Counted from the first letter of the stretch, positions 16,820 to 24,535 are shown. The stretch is 32,000 nt of DNA from Gemmata obscuriglobus (GCF_008065095.1 NZ_CP042911.1:8880001-8912000), one strand, 5' to 3'. The notes: generated by a model from the sequence alone, not told the origin. Numbers and translations: made by a program.

Positions 16820-17782
16820 TCAGGCCGGGTTCGCTTTCAGGAACACATCTATCTCACCAATCTCGGCGGGCGTCAACCGCCAGTCGGCGGCGCCGAGCAG
16901 TTCTTTCAACTGGCCCGGCCGGCGCGCCCCCACGATCGCCGCAGTAACGGCCGGGTGCCGCAGCACCCACGCGATCGCCACCGCGCCCGGTGCGCGCCCG
17001 TGCCGGGCGCCGATCGTCTTCAGCAGGTCCACGAGGTTCAGGTTGCGCGTCAGCAGCGGCTCCTGGTAGTGGCGGTTCTTCTCCTTGCGCCAGTCGTCGG
17101 CGGGCATGGCCACGACCCGCTCGCGGGTCATGGCCCCGGTGAGCAGCCCGCTCGCCATCGGCGAGTAGGCGATCACCCCGATGTTGTGCGCCTGGCAGTA
17201 CGGAAGGATGCTCTCCTCGACCTCCGGCCGGATCATGGAGTACGGCGGCTGGAGCGAGGTGATCGGCCCGAACTTCGACACCTGGGCCATCTGCTCGGCG
17301 CTGAAGTTGGACACGCCGGCCCAGCGGATCTTGCCCTCCTCCTTGAGCTTCACGAGCGTTTGCCAGCCCTCGTCAATGTCCTCCGGCGGCTCGGGCCAGT
17401 GGATCTGGTACAGGTCGATCACGTCCACCTTCAGCCGCTTCAAGCTGGCCTCGCACTCGGCGCGGATGCTGTCGGCCGTCAGACGCTTCCCGATCTGCCG
17501 GCTCTCGTCCCACACGCGGGCGCACTTGGTGAACACGTACGGCCGCTTCGGCACGCCCGCCAGGGCCTTCGCGACCACCTCTTCCGAGTGGCCGAGCCCG
17601 TACACCGCCGCGGTGTCGATCCAGTTGACGCCCAGGTCGAGCGCCTCGCGGATGGTCGCGACGCTCTCGGCGTCGTCCTGGGCGCCCCAGGCGAACGCCC
17701 ACCCCCCGCCGCCGATGGCCCACGCGCCGAACCCGATGGGGGTGATGCTCAGGTCCGAGTGGCCGAGTTGTCGCAGTTGCAT
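16820..17782 (-). CDS. Aldo/keto reductase family oxidoreductase
   Basis: From ATG at 17782 the protein reads MQLRQLGHSDLSITPIGFGAWAIGG...LDLGVNWIDTAAVYGLGHSEEVV...DLYQIHWPE...IRWAGVSNF...IAYSPMASGLLTG, which are classic AKR blocks. It is 320 aa. The track ORF 16820-18595 is a run-on into antisense of the neighbouring gene. Confidence 0.93.
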   Translation of the reverse strand: MQLRQLGHSDLSITPIGFGAWAIGGGGWAFAWGAQDDAESVATIREALDLGVNWIDTAAVYGLGHSEEVVAKALAGVPKRPYVFTKCARVWDESRQIGKRLTADSIRAECEASLKRLKVDVIDLYQIHWPEPPEDIDEGWQTLVKLKEEGKIRWAGVSNFSAEQMAQVSKFGPITSLQPPYSMIRPEVEESILPYCQAHNIGVIAYSPMASGLLTGAMTRERVVAMPADDWRKEKNRHYQEPLLTRNLNLVDLLKTIGARHGRAPGAVAIAWVLRHPAVTAAIVGARRPGQLKELLGAADWRLTPAEIGEIDVFLKANPA

Positions 17783-17860
17783 TCGTGTGATCTCTGTTCG
17801 CCGACTGATGAGAGCCGCCCCGCACTTTGCGGCCGGGGTCCGCCTTGATAGCGTGACCGG

Positions 17861-19240
17861 ATGCCACCCATCGTACTGATTAACGCCGTCGGCCTCACGC
17901 CCCGGCTGCTGGAACACGCCCCGCGGCTGAAGGCGCTCGCGGACGGCGGCTGGTACATGGACATGCCGGAGGTGCTCCCGGCGGTCACCTGCACGGCGCA
18001 GGCCACGCTGCTGACGGGCACACTGCCGAACAAGCACGGCGTCGTCGCCAACGGGTGGCTGTTCAACAGCACCAACGAGGTGCGGTTCTGGCAGCAGTGC
18101 AACCGGCTGGTGCAGGCCGAGCCGGTGTACGAGACGGCCCGGCGGCGGGCCGCGGAGCGCGGGGTGCCGTTCAAGAGCGCGAAGCTGTTCTGGTGGTTCA
18201 ACCAGGGCGCCGCGGTGGACATCTCCGTCACCCCGAAGCCGCACTACGCGGTCAACGGCGATAAGGCGTTCGGGATCGCCGGCACGCCGCCCGGCGTCGC
18301 CGAGGGGCTGGAGCGCGTGTTCGGCCCGTTCCCGTTCCCGTCGTTCTGGGGGCCGATGGCCGGCCTGCCGGCCACCGAGTGGATCGCCAGCGCGGCAGCC
18401 AACGTGCTCCAGTTCGAGAAGCCCGACCTCACGCTCGTGTACCTCCCGCACCTCGACTACGACCCGCAGCGGTTCGGCCCGAGCGGGTGCGACATGCGGG
18501 CGTGCGTGAAGGAACTCGACGACGCGTGCGCGCCGATCTTCGACGCCGCGAAGGAGGCGGGCGCGCAGATTTGGGTTGTGAGCGAGTACGGGCACTGTGA
18601 TGTGTCGCGCCCGGTGTACCTGAACCGCGCCCTGCGCGAGGCCGAGCTACTCGAGGTGCGCCCCGGGCCGTTCGGCGAACAGCTCGACCTGTACGGGTCG
18701 CGGGCGTTCGCGGTGGTGGACCACCAGGTCGCGCACGTGTACCTCCGCAACCCGGCGGAACTGGCCCGCGTCCGGGCGGTGCTGGCCGAGGTGCCCGGGG
18801 TCGCCAAGTTGCTCGCCGGCGAGGAGATCGCCGAGATCGGGCTGAACCACCAGCGGAGCGGAGCGCTGGTGCTGCTCGCCGAGCCGGACGCGTGGTTCGC
18901 GTACCCGTTCTGGCTCGACGACGACGAGGCCCCCGACTACGCCCGCGCCGTGGCGATCCACCACAAACCAGGGTTCGACCCGTGCGAGCTATTTTTCGAC
19001 CCCAGGTTCCGGTTCCCCAAGCTGCACGCGGCCCGAAAGCTGGTCCAGAAGAAGCTGGGGTTCCGCACGACGTTCGACGTTGTGCCGCTCGACGCGGGCG
19101 TCGTGCGGGGCAGCCACGGGTTGGCTGCGGCCGACCCGCTGGACCGGCCCATCCTCATCGGCCACGGCCCCATGCCCGCCGCCAGCGTCCCGATGACGCA
19201 GGTGAAAGACATGCTGCTCGCTGCGCTGGAACTGCAATAA
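17861..19240 (+). CDS. Alkaline-phosphatase-superfamily protein (type I phosphodiesterase / nucleotide pyrophosphatase-like), no signal peptide
   Basis: 459-aa ORF. The N-terminal block is VLINAVGLTPRLL...LPAVTCTAQATLLTGTLPNKHGVVANGW. This matches the NPP-type metal/nucleophile region (iDG...P..T.P....l.TG..P..HG). Confidence 0.85.
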   Translation: MPPIVLINAVGLTPRLLEHAPRLKALADGGWYMDMPEVLPAVTCTAQATLLTGTLPNKHGVVANGWLFNSTNEVRFWQQCNRLVQAEPVYETARRRAAERGVPFKSAKLFWWFNQGAAVDISVTPKPHYAVNGDKAFGIAGTPPGVAEGLERVFGPFPFPSFWGPMAGLPATEWIASAAANVLQFEKPDLTLVYLPHLDYDPQRFGPSGCDMRACVKELDDACAPIFDAAKEAGAQIWVVSEYGHCDVSRPVYLNRALREAELLEVRPGPFGEQLDLYGSRAFAVVDHQVAHVYLRNPAELARVRAVLAEVPGVAKLLAGEEIAEIGLNHQRSGALVLLAEPDAWFAYPFWLDDDEAPDYARAVAIHHKPGFDPCELFFDPRFRFPKLHAARKLVQKKLGFRTTFDVVPLDAGVVRGSHGLAAADPLDRPILIGHGPMPAASVPMTQVKDMLLAALELQ

Positions 19241-19273
19241 AGGCAGGGCTGGCAGCACAAAGGGCGAAGTCAT

Positions 19274-19410
19274 CAGAGGATTGGCCACAAACAAGCACAA
19301 AGGGCACAAAAGAAAACCAAAGACGAAGACAGAAAAGTGAATTTGAAACGCTTCTATTTGTCTTCAGTTTTCCTTTGTGCCCTTTGTGCTTGTTTGTGGC
19401 CAATCCTCTG
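19274..19410. repeat. 137-nt near-perfect long inverted repeat (hairpin) in a convergent gap; locally A+T-rich
   Basis: Left arm cagaggattggccacaaacaagcacaaagggcacaaa (starting at 19274) is the perfect reverse complement of the right arm ending at 19410, over 37 nt. Pairing continues inward with mismatches. The central part is purine-rich (aaagacgaagacagaaaagtgaatttgaaacg). Confidence 0.9.
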
Positions 19411-19423
19411 CCTTTTGAACTTC

Positions 19424-20314
19424 TCAGCCTGAGATGAGTTTGCGCAACTCTCTGGCATACTTCGGCACCGCGACCTTCGGATCGTCCTTCGCCTCGTATT
19501 CAAGCGCGACGTACCCGTGGAAGTTCGCGTCCTTCAGGATCCTTACCACTCTTGCGAGGTCGGCGTCCTCGCGCTTACCGCCGGGGAACACTTCGGTCTT
19601 CACCTGTGACACCACCCCATAGGGGGCGATCTTGGTTAGGTCCGCATAGGGGTCCGCGGTCTTGAAGTTACCGGTGTCGATGTTCACGCCCAACGCCGCG
19701 CTCTTCACCGGCTTCACCAGTGCGAGCAGTTGGTCCGGGGTCGCGGTGATGCCGCCGTGATTCTCCATCGCGAGCACGACCCCGTGCTTCTCTGCCACCG
19801 CGCAGCACTCCTCGATCGCAGCGACCACGCGCTTCTGGACCGCTTCGAGCGTGTCGCCCTTCTCCAGGTTCCCGGCGAAAATGCGGACCGTCTTCGCCCC
19901 CACTTTCGCCGCCCGTGCGGTCCAGTCTTTCACCTTCTGAATCTCAGCCCGGTACTTCGTTTCATCTGCCACACAGAAGTTGTTACCGACCGGCACGCCC
20001 GAGATCGCGAGTTTCTTCTTCTCCGCATGCGCTTTGAGCTTTTCGGCGTACGCGTCGGTCGTTTCGGCCCAGTAGTAGGAGGTGATTTCGACCGCATCGA
20101 GCGGCAACCCCGCGGCGAGGTCGATGAACTCGAACAGGTCCATCGACGGCTTTTTCAGGTCGAGCAACTTGTTAAAGCTGTACGCGGCGAGGCTGAGCTT
20201 GAGATCGGTTTGAGCGCCGGGCCGCTTGATCGGGTCGATGGCCCCGGCGAGTTGGGGGCGGAGTCCCCCGACAGCCGCGAATGCGGTCGCGAGGAACTGG
20301 CGGCGTGAGAGCAT
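19424..20314 (-). CDS. Sugar phosphate isomerase/epimerase (xylose isomerase-like TIM barrel) with a Tat signal
   Basis: From ATG at 20314 (GGAGG 5 nt upstream on the minus strand) the protein starts MLSRRQFLATAFAAVGG, a twin-arginine signal. The body has LAMENHGG and other AP-endonuclease-2/xylose-isomerase-like TIM-barrel blocks. It is 296 aa. Confidence 0.85.
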   Translation of the reverse strand: MLSRRQFLATAFAAVGGLRPQLAGAIDPIKRPGAQTDLKLSLAAYSFNKLLDLKKPSMDLFEFIDLAAGLPLDAVEITSYYWAETTDAYAEKLKAHAEKKKLAISGVPVGNNFCVADETKYRAEIQKVKDWTARAAKVGAKTVRIFAGNLEKGDTLEAVQKRVVAAIEECCAVAEKHGVVLAMENHGGITATPDQLLALVKPVKSAALGVNIDTGNFKTADPYADLTKIAPYGVVSQVKTEVFPGGKREDADLARVVRILKDANFHGYVALEYEAKDDPKVAVPKYARELRKLISG

Positions 20315-20484
20315 GGGACCTCCGGGTAACAGGGCAGCGGGGGACAGTTTACACCGCCTCGCGAGGCGGTGTATCATCTGTTTCGCCCGTACCTTTTCCG
20401 CAGGTGAGCGTTCCAAAGGAGGGTGGCTTTTTGTCGCAGGGCGTGAGCAAGTCTTCGCCCCTTACCGATCGCCGCTGACGAACA

Positions 20485-20967
20485 ATGATCCTACGTGAAG
20501 CGACTGAAGCCGACTGGCCTGCCGTGTGGCACCTGTTTCAGAGCGTGACAGCGAGCGGGGACGCATTCGCTTACGACGAATCGACACCCGAAGCCGTCGC
20601 CCGGAAGCTGTGGCTCGACCCGCCCGCCGTTTGCGTCGTTTGTGAAGATGAGTCGCGGTTTGCCGGGACATACTACGTCCGCCCGAACTATCCGGGCCGC
20701 GGCGGCCACGTGGCGAACGCGGGGTATATGGTCGCCCCCGAGTCCCGCGGGCGCGGGCTGGCGGTCGCGATGTGCGAGCACTCGCTGGAAACGGCCCGAC
20801 GGCTCGGGTTCACTGCGATGCAGTTCAACTTCGTGGTGGGTACGAACGCGGCTGCGGTGCGCGCATGGGAGCGGTGTGGGTTCGCAACAGTCGGGCGCCT
20901 GCCGCTCGCGTTCAAGCACAAAGAGTTGGGATTCGTCGACGCGCTGGTGATGTTCCGCGCGCTGTAA
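20485..20967 (+). CDS. GNAT family N-acetyltransferase
   Basis: 160-aa ORF. The acetyl-CoA binding motif A is RGRGLAVAM, followed by a typical GNAT C-terminal segment AVRAWERCGFATVG. Confidence 0.88.
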   Translation: MILREATEADWPAVWHLFQSVTASGDAFAYDESTPEAVARKLWLDPPAVCVVCEDESRFAGTYYVRPNYPGRGGHVANAGYMVAPESRGRGLAVAMCEHSLETARRLGFTAMQFNFVVGTNAAAVRAWERCGFATVGRLPLAFKHKELGFVDALVMFRAL

Positions 20968-20971
20968 GTGT

Positions 20972-21015
20972 GTTATCGCCCTGCGACCGACTGGGAGCAG
21001 CCGCAGGGCGATAAC
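20972..21015. terminator. Bidirectional terminator-like hairpin between convergent genes
   Basis: gttatcgccctgcg (20972-20985) pairs perfectly with cgcagggcgataac (21002-21015) around a 16-nt loop. It starts 5 nt after the GNAT stop and ends 27 nt before the stop of the minus-strand gene. Confidence 0.5.
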
Positions 21016-21041
21016 CAGCACAGCGAAGGCGGCGTGCCGAA

Positions 21042-21326
21042 TTACGGAGCCGGTGGAGTGTCGCTGCCCTTCGGCGCGGCCGCGGGCGCTCCCGCAGTCG
21101 CAGGCGGTGCCGCTTCGCCGAGCTTCAGCACCGCCGGAACCGGCGTCGAGGGGGCCGACTTGCCGCCGTACTCGCTGAAATCGAGGTACAGCAGCACGCA
21201 GCCGATAGTGACGGCCATAAAGGTGATGAACAGCATCACCACGTACGGGCCGTCTCGCTTCACCGGCTCTGGCCGTCGGGGGCGGTCATCATCACGGTCA
21301 CGGTCGCGATCCTTTTTTCGGGCCAT
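21042..21326 (-). CDS. Small single-pass membrane protein (protein D of the coiled-coil cluster)
   Basis: 94-aa ORF. The charged N-terminus is MARKKDRDRDRDDDRPRRPEPVKRDG. One hydrophobic helix follows (PYVVMLFITFMAVTIGCVLLYL), then a Pro/Ala-rich tail. It starts 34 nt downstream of the preceding gene. Third codon positions are mostly G/C. Confidence 0.6.
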   Translation of the reverse strand: MARKKDRDRDRDDDRPRRPEPVKRDGPYVVMLFITFMAVTIGCVLLYLDFSEYGGKSAPSTPVPAVLKLGEAAPPATAGAPAAAPKGSDTPPAP

Positions 21327-21360
21327 TGGTGCGGCCTCCGTAATGCGTTAGGGTGCGCGG

Positions 21361-22272
21361 TCAGCGGTTCGGGCGCGGGTCACCAACGATGCTCACCTGG
21401 TCGCCCTTGCGGGGCAGCTCCTCAGGCTTTAGTTGTGAAACGGGCACTTGGCGGGCCGGGCGGAACTCGGCCACGGCGTTCTTCGGGTACGCCGACTTCG
21501 TTACCACCAGGGTGCCCAAATACCGGCCGCCATTAGTCTCGCGGAACACGTCCAGACGTGCCCCGGGTGTCACGCCGGCATCAAGGCCGACACTGATTTC
21601 GACGAAGCTACCCGCGAGATCGCTCACCACCGTGCCGCGGACGTTTTCCGGGACCGGTGGTGGGGCCTTATCGACGGAACGAAGTACAGTCGCCGCACCG
21701 CCGCCGCCGCCGGACTGCCTCAGCTCCGAGAGCTGGGCCTGGAGCGACGCGGCCCGGGCCACGTTTTCGTCGGAGATCGCCCGCGCGAGTTTGGCGTCGT
21801 TCTCGGCGCGGAGCCGCTCGCGGTTAGCGTTCTCCGCGTCCCGCACCAACTGAACCCGGTCGTTCTCGAGTACCGTGTTGCGCTTGCGGGTGTCTTCGAG
21901 TTCGCTCAGCGTGGCCTTCTGCTGGGCCACCAGGAGCCGCTCGCGCTGCTCGACGGCGGCGTGGTTGGTGGTCCACTTCCGAAAGTCCTCGTCGCTCTTG
22001 CTGCTGCTGGCCAACTGATCCGCAATCGTTTTGTCCAGGTCGGCGGTGCGGCTCCGCTCGGCGCTCAACAGGTTCGCAATCCGCGCCACTTCGGCGGCGC
22101 TGGTGCTCAGTTCGGTGCGGCGGTTCGTCTCACTCTCCTTGAGCGCCTTTTCGGCCGCATCGGCCCGTGCCTTCCAGTTGGTCCGCGTGACGTACACGTT
22201 GAGCGTCAGCGCCATCCACGCGACGGAGGCGATGAGAACCAGGAACGTCAGGATCTTGCCGAGCCAACTCAT
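21361..22272 (-). CDS. N-terminally anchored long coiled-coil protein with a C-terminal beta-rich domain (protein C)
   Basis: From ATG at 22272 the anchor is MSWLGKILTFLVLIASVAWMALTLNVYVTRTNW. About 155 aa of E/R/K/Q/A/L-rich heptad-like sequence follows, then a GGGGG linker. The last ~90-aa segment is VRGTVVSDLAGSFVEISVGLDAGVTPGARLDVFRE...GTLVVTKS...GDQVSIVG. No known family is recognised. Confidence 0.8.
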   Translation of the reverse strand: MSWLGKILTFLVLIASVAWMALTLNVYVTRTNWKARADAAEKALKESETNRRTELSTSAAEVARIANLLSAERSRTADLDKTIADQLASSSKSDEDFRKWTTNHAAVEQRERLLVAQQKATLSELEDTRKRNTVLENDRVQLVRDAENANRERLRAENDAKLARAISDENVARAASLQAQLSELRQSGGGGGAATVLRSVDKAPPPVPENVRGTVVSDLAGSFVEISVGLDAGVTPGARLDVFRETNGGRYLGTLVVTKSAYPKNAVAEFRPARQVPVSQLKPEELPRKGDQVSIVGDPRPNR

Positions 22273-22414
22273 CGCACGCCCTCCCGCGGTGTGAGTCCCG
22301 AGTGCTGAATTCCAGATACCGGGTCCGGCCCGGGGCCGCCGACGCGCGGGAGGCACTACGGCCCCACGACGCGCGGCACGAGCCTGGGAACCCGGAGCCC
22401 GGAACGCATTGTTC

Positions 22415-23185
22415 TCACGGGTTCGAAACGCCGAGCAGTTTCAACCGGCCGCGCAACTGGCTTGCGCGCCGCTGCACCGTCTCCCGGGTCTCGAACACAT
22501 CCACCTCGAACGTGTCCAAGAAAAACAGTTCGGCCTGGACGCTGTCGCGGATCGTATTCATGGCCACCAGCCGTTTCTCAGTGGCGAGCACCTCGGCACT
22601 GAGGGTGTCGTACAGCCGGCGCTGGTCGGTGATCTCCTTCGTCAGCAACTCGATGCGCTGCGTGTCGGCCGACACCGAGTTGGTCAACGCGTCGAGCCCC
22701 GGCAGCGGCAGCGCCTTGCCGTCGGCGCCCACCTCGCTCCCCAGGACCGCCTCCCCCTTGGGCCGACCGGCGGCGTCGAAGCTCAGATCGTACAGCCGGG
22801 TCTTCGGGTCCACGACCGGAAGATAAAAGCCCTTACCGCTCTTCGGGTTCGCGGGATCGATCAGGTCCTTCGGGTTCCCCTTGTGCGCGTACTCGATGAG
22901 TTGGGCGTACCCGTTGCGCCGGTTCGCGCGGAACCGCTCGTGCGCCTCCAGGGACTTGAGGGTCTCCCCCCACAGCCCGCTGGCCGCCTTCGCGGCCTCG
23001 CCCAGCGAGTCGATCTCGGCCTTCAGCTCGGCGTAGCCGGCCGCCCCTTCGCCCTTCTCCGCCCCGCCTTCCGGGACCGGGTTGAACCACGTCGGGCGCT
23101 GCGCGTACACGCCCACCGCCCACGTCATCATCGTGAGCCCGACGACGAGGAGCAGGAAGGCCAACAGCTTGCCGATTGCCGTCAT
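22415..23185 (-). CDS. N-terminally anchored coiled-coil protein (protein B)
   Basis: From ATG at 23185 the anchor is MTAIGKLLAFLLLVVGLTMMTWAVGVYAQRPTW. A short helical segment and a central non-repetitive region follow (GNPKDLIDPANPKSGKGFYLPVVDPKTRLYDL). The C-terminal heptad-like segment is QRIELLTKEITDQRRLYDTLSAEVLATEKRLVAMNTIRDSVQAEL. No known family is recognised. Confidence 0.8.
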   Translation of the reverse strand: MTAIGKLLAFLLLVVGLTMMTWAVGVYAQRPTWFNPVPEGGAEKGEGAAGYAELKAEIDSLGEAAKAASGLWGETLKSLEAHERFRANRRNGYAQLIEYAHKGNPKDLIDPANPKSGKGFYLPVVDPKTRLYDLSFDAAGRPKGEAVLGSEVGADGKALPLPGLDALTNSVSADTQRIELLTKEITDQRRLYDTLSAEVLATEKRLVAMNTIRDSVQAELFFLDTFEVDVFETRETVQRRASQLRGRLKLLGVSNP

Positions 23186-23293
23186 GGTCGCACCTGGCCC
23201 GGTGAATGCCTCGTCCCGATCGATCCCGGCACAGTCGAAAGCCCGTGCCGCACCCGAAACACCTCTAACACCAGCCAACAACCCGCCCCGCGA

Positions 23294-24535
23294 TCAGGGC
23301 CGGGCGGACGGCGGCTGCCCGTACCGTTCGCGCTCGACGTCCACCAGCAGGGCCTCGAGCCGGTACACCTCGTCGAGGGTCAGCGCGACCTCGCGCTGGA
23401 TCTCGTACAACTGCCTCTCGATGTTACTTTGGCGCACCAGCGACTGGTCGACCTCGGCCCGAACCTTTTCCAGTTGGGCGCCCAGGTCCCTCAGTTGCGT
23501 CCGGCGGCGGCTGACGGCGTCGTCCGCCGCGGCCTTCGCGTCGTCCAGCTTGGCCCGCTCTTGGGAAACCGTCCGCGCCCGGTCCAGGCTGTGCCGAGTC
23601 TCGTTCAGCAGCACATCGTTGCGGAGCTGAAACACCGCTTGGTCCGCCATAATCGGCTGGTCCACTTGCTCGCGCATCAGCCGGAAGCGAACGGCCTGGC
23701 TGGCGATCGCACGCACATAGTGCCGGAGCCCGACCACTGTCGCCACCCGCTGCTGCCACGCGCTGTCCTGATCGAGGTGAACCAGGAGCTGAGCGATCCG
23801 GTCGCGTCGGTCGCCCTCGTCGGTCGGCGCCGCCGGCTTGATCGCCGCGAGCGCGTCGGGGTTACCGGCGGCCTCGTCCATCTTCTTCTTGAGTTCGCCC
23901 CATTTGGCGGGAGCCAGTGCGCCGGACTCGGAATCGTACAGCTTCGGCGCAACGCGGTAGAACTTGCGGTCCAACAGGTGAACGAGCTGCTCCGCGTCCG
24001 CGGCGTATTGCTCCGCGGTCTTCGGCTTGCCGTCGGCACCGGCCGGCGCGGCGAGCGACTGAAACAGCAGCCGCTCGTCCATCGTCTCCGCCTGGAGCAG
24101 CAGCCGCTTCAGCACAGCAGCCACACGCTGGGCGGCCTCGGGGGCCGCGCCCAACTCGGCCTTCACGATGCCGTGGACCCGCAAGACCTCGGCCGACTGG
24201 CTCACCACCGCTTCGGTCGAGGCGAGCCCGGAGGGCGGCCCGCCCTTGGCCCCGGCGTTGGCCGGCGCCTTCGCCATGTCGGCGAAGTGCTTGTCGAGCA
24301 GGGCCTTGCCGACCGTACTGGTCTGCTGGCCGCCGCCCATCGCCGCGACGAACGGGGTCTCGTTGTCCGGGGCGAACCGGTCGCCGTCGAGCGGCATGCC
24401 GCGCAAAACCAGCACGTGGCGGAGCCCCGCCGCGTTGAGCTGCTGGCGGCCCTTGTAGTCCTGCGCGCCGAAGTAGACGTACGCAACCCCGGCGACGAGG
24501 GTCAAGAACACCAGCAGGATGCCGAACAGTCTCAT
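23294..24535 (-). CDS. N-terminally anchored alpha-helical / coiled-coil protein (protein A)
   Basis: From ATG at 24535 the anchor is MRLFGILLVFLTLVAGVAYVYFG. About 270 aa of mixed helical sequence follow, then a C-terminal ~120-aa coiled-coil-like stretch (RAKLDDAKAAADDAVSRRRTQLRDLGAQLEKVRAEVDQSLVRQSNIERQLYEIQREVALTLDEVYRLEALL). No known family is recognised. Confidence 0.8.
   Translation of the reverse strand: MRLFGILLVFLTLVAGVAYVYFGAQDYKGRQQLNAAGLRHVLVLRGMPLDGDRFAPDNETPFVAAMGGGQQTSTVGKALLDKHFADMAKAPANAGAKGGPPSGLASTEAVVSQSAEVLRVHGIVKAELGAAPEAAQRVAAVLKRLLLQAETMDERLLFQSLAAPAGADGKPKTAEQYAADAEQLVHLLDRKFYRVAPKLYDSESGALAPAKWGELKKKMDEAAGNPDALAAIKPAAPTDEGDRRDRIAQLLVHLDQDSAWQQRVATVVGLRHYVRAIASQAVRFRLMREQVDQPIMADQAVFQLRNDVLLNETRHSLDRARTVSQERAKLDDAKAAADDAVSRRRTQLRDLGAQLEKVRAEVDQSLVRQSNIERQLYEIQREVALTLDEVYRLEALLVDVERERYGQPPSARP

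Noticed and set aside
16820-18595. 591-aa minus-strand ORF suggesting a large fusion protein
   Set aside because: Only the C-terminal 320 aa (from ATG at 17782) are aldo/keto-reductase-like. The N-terminal 271 aa are Arg/Pro/Gly-rich and lie antisense to the well-supported AP-superfamily gene at 17861-19240.
19274-19410. Inverted repeat considered as a MITE or IS remnant
   Set aside because: This is not fully rejected, but I did not call it a mobile element. I see no target-site duplication at the arm boundaries (flanks ...gaagtcat / ccttttga...). No transposase lies nearby and copy number cannot be assessed from one window. I kept it as a structural repeat finding instead.
22419-22427. ggttcgaaa, resembling a tRNA T-arm/T-loop motif
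   Set aside because: It lies at the 3' end of the protein B coding sequence (encoding ...GVSNP). There is no flanking acceptor, D or anticodon stem potential. No tRNA is detectable by eye anywhere in the non-coding gaps.
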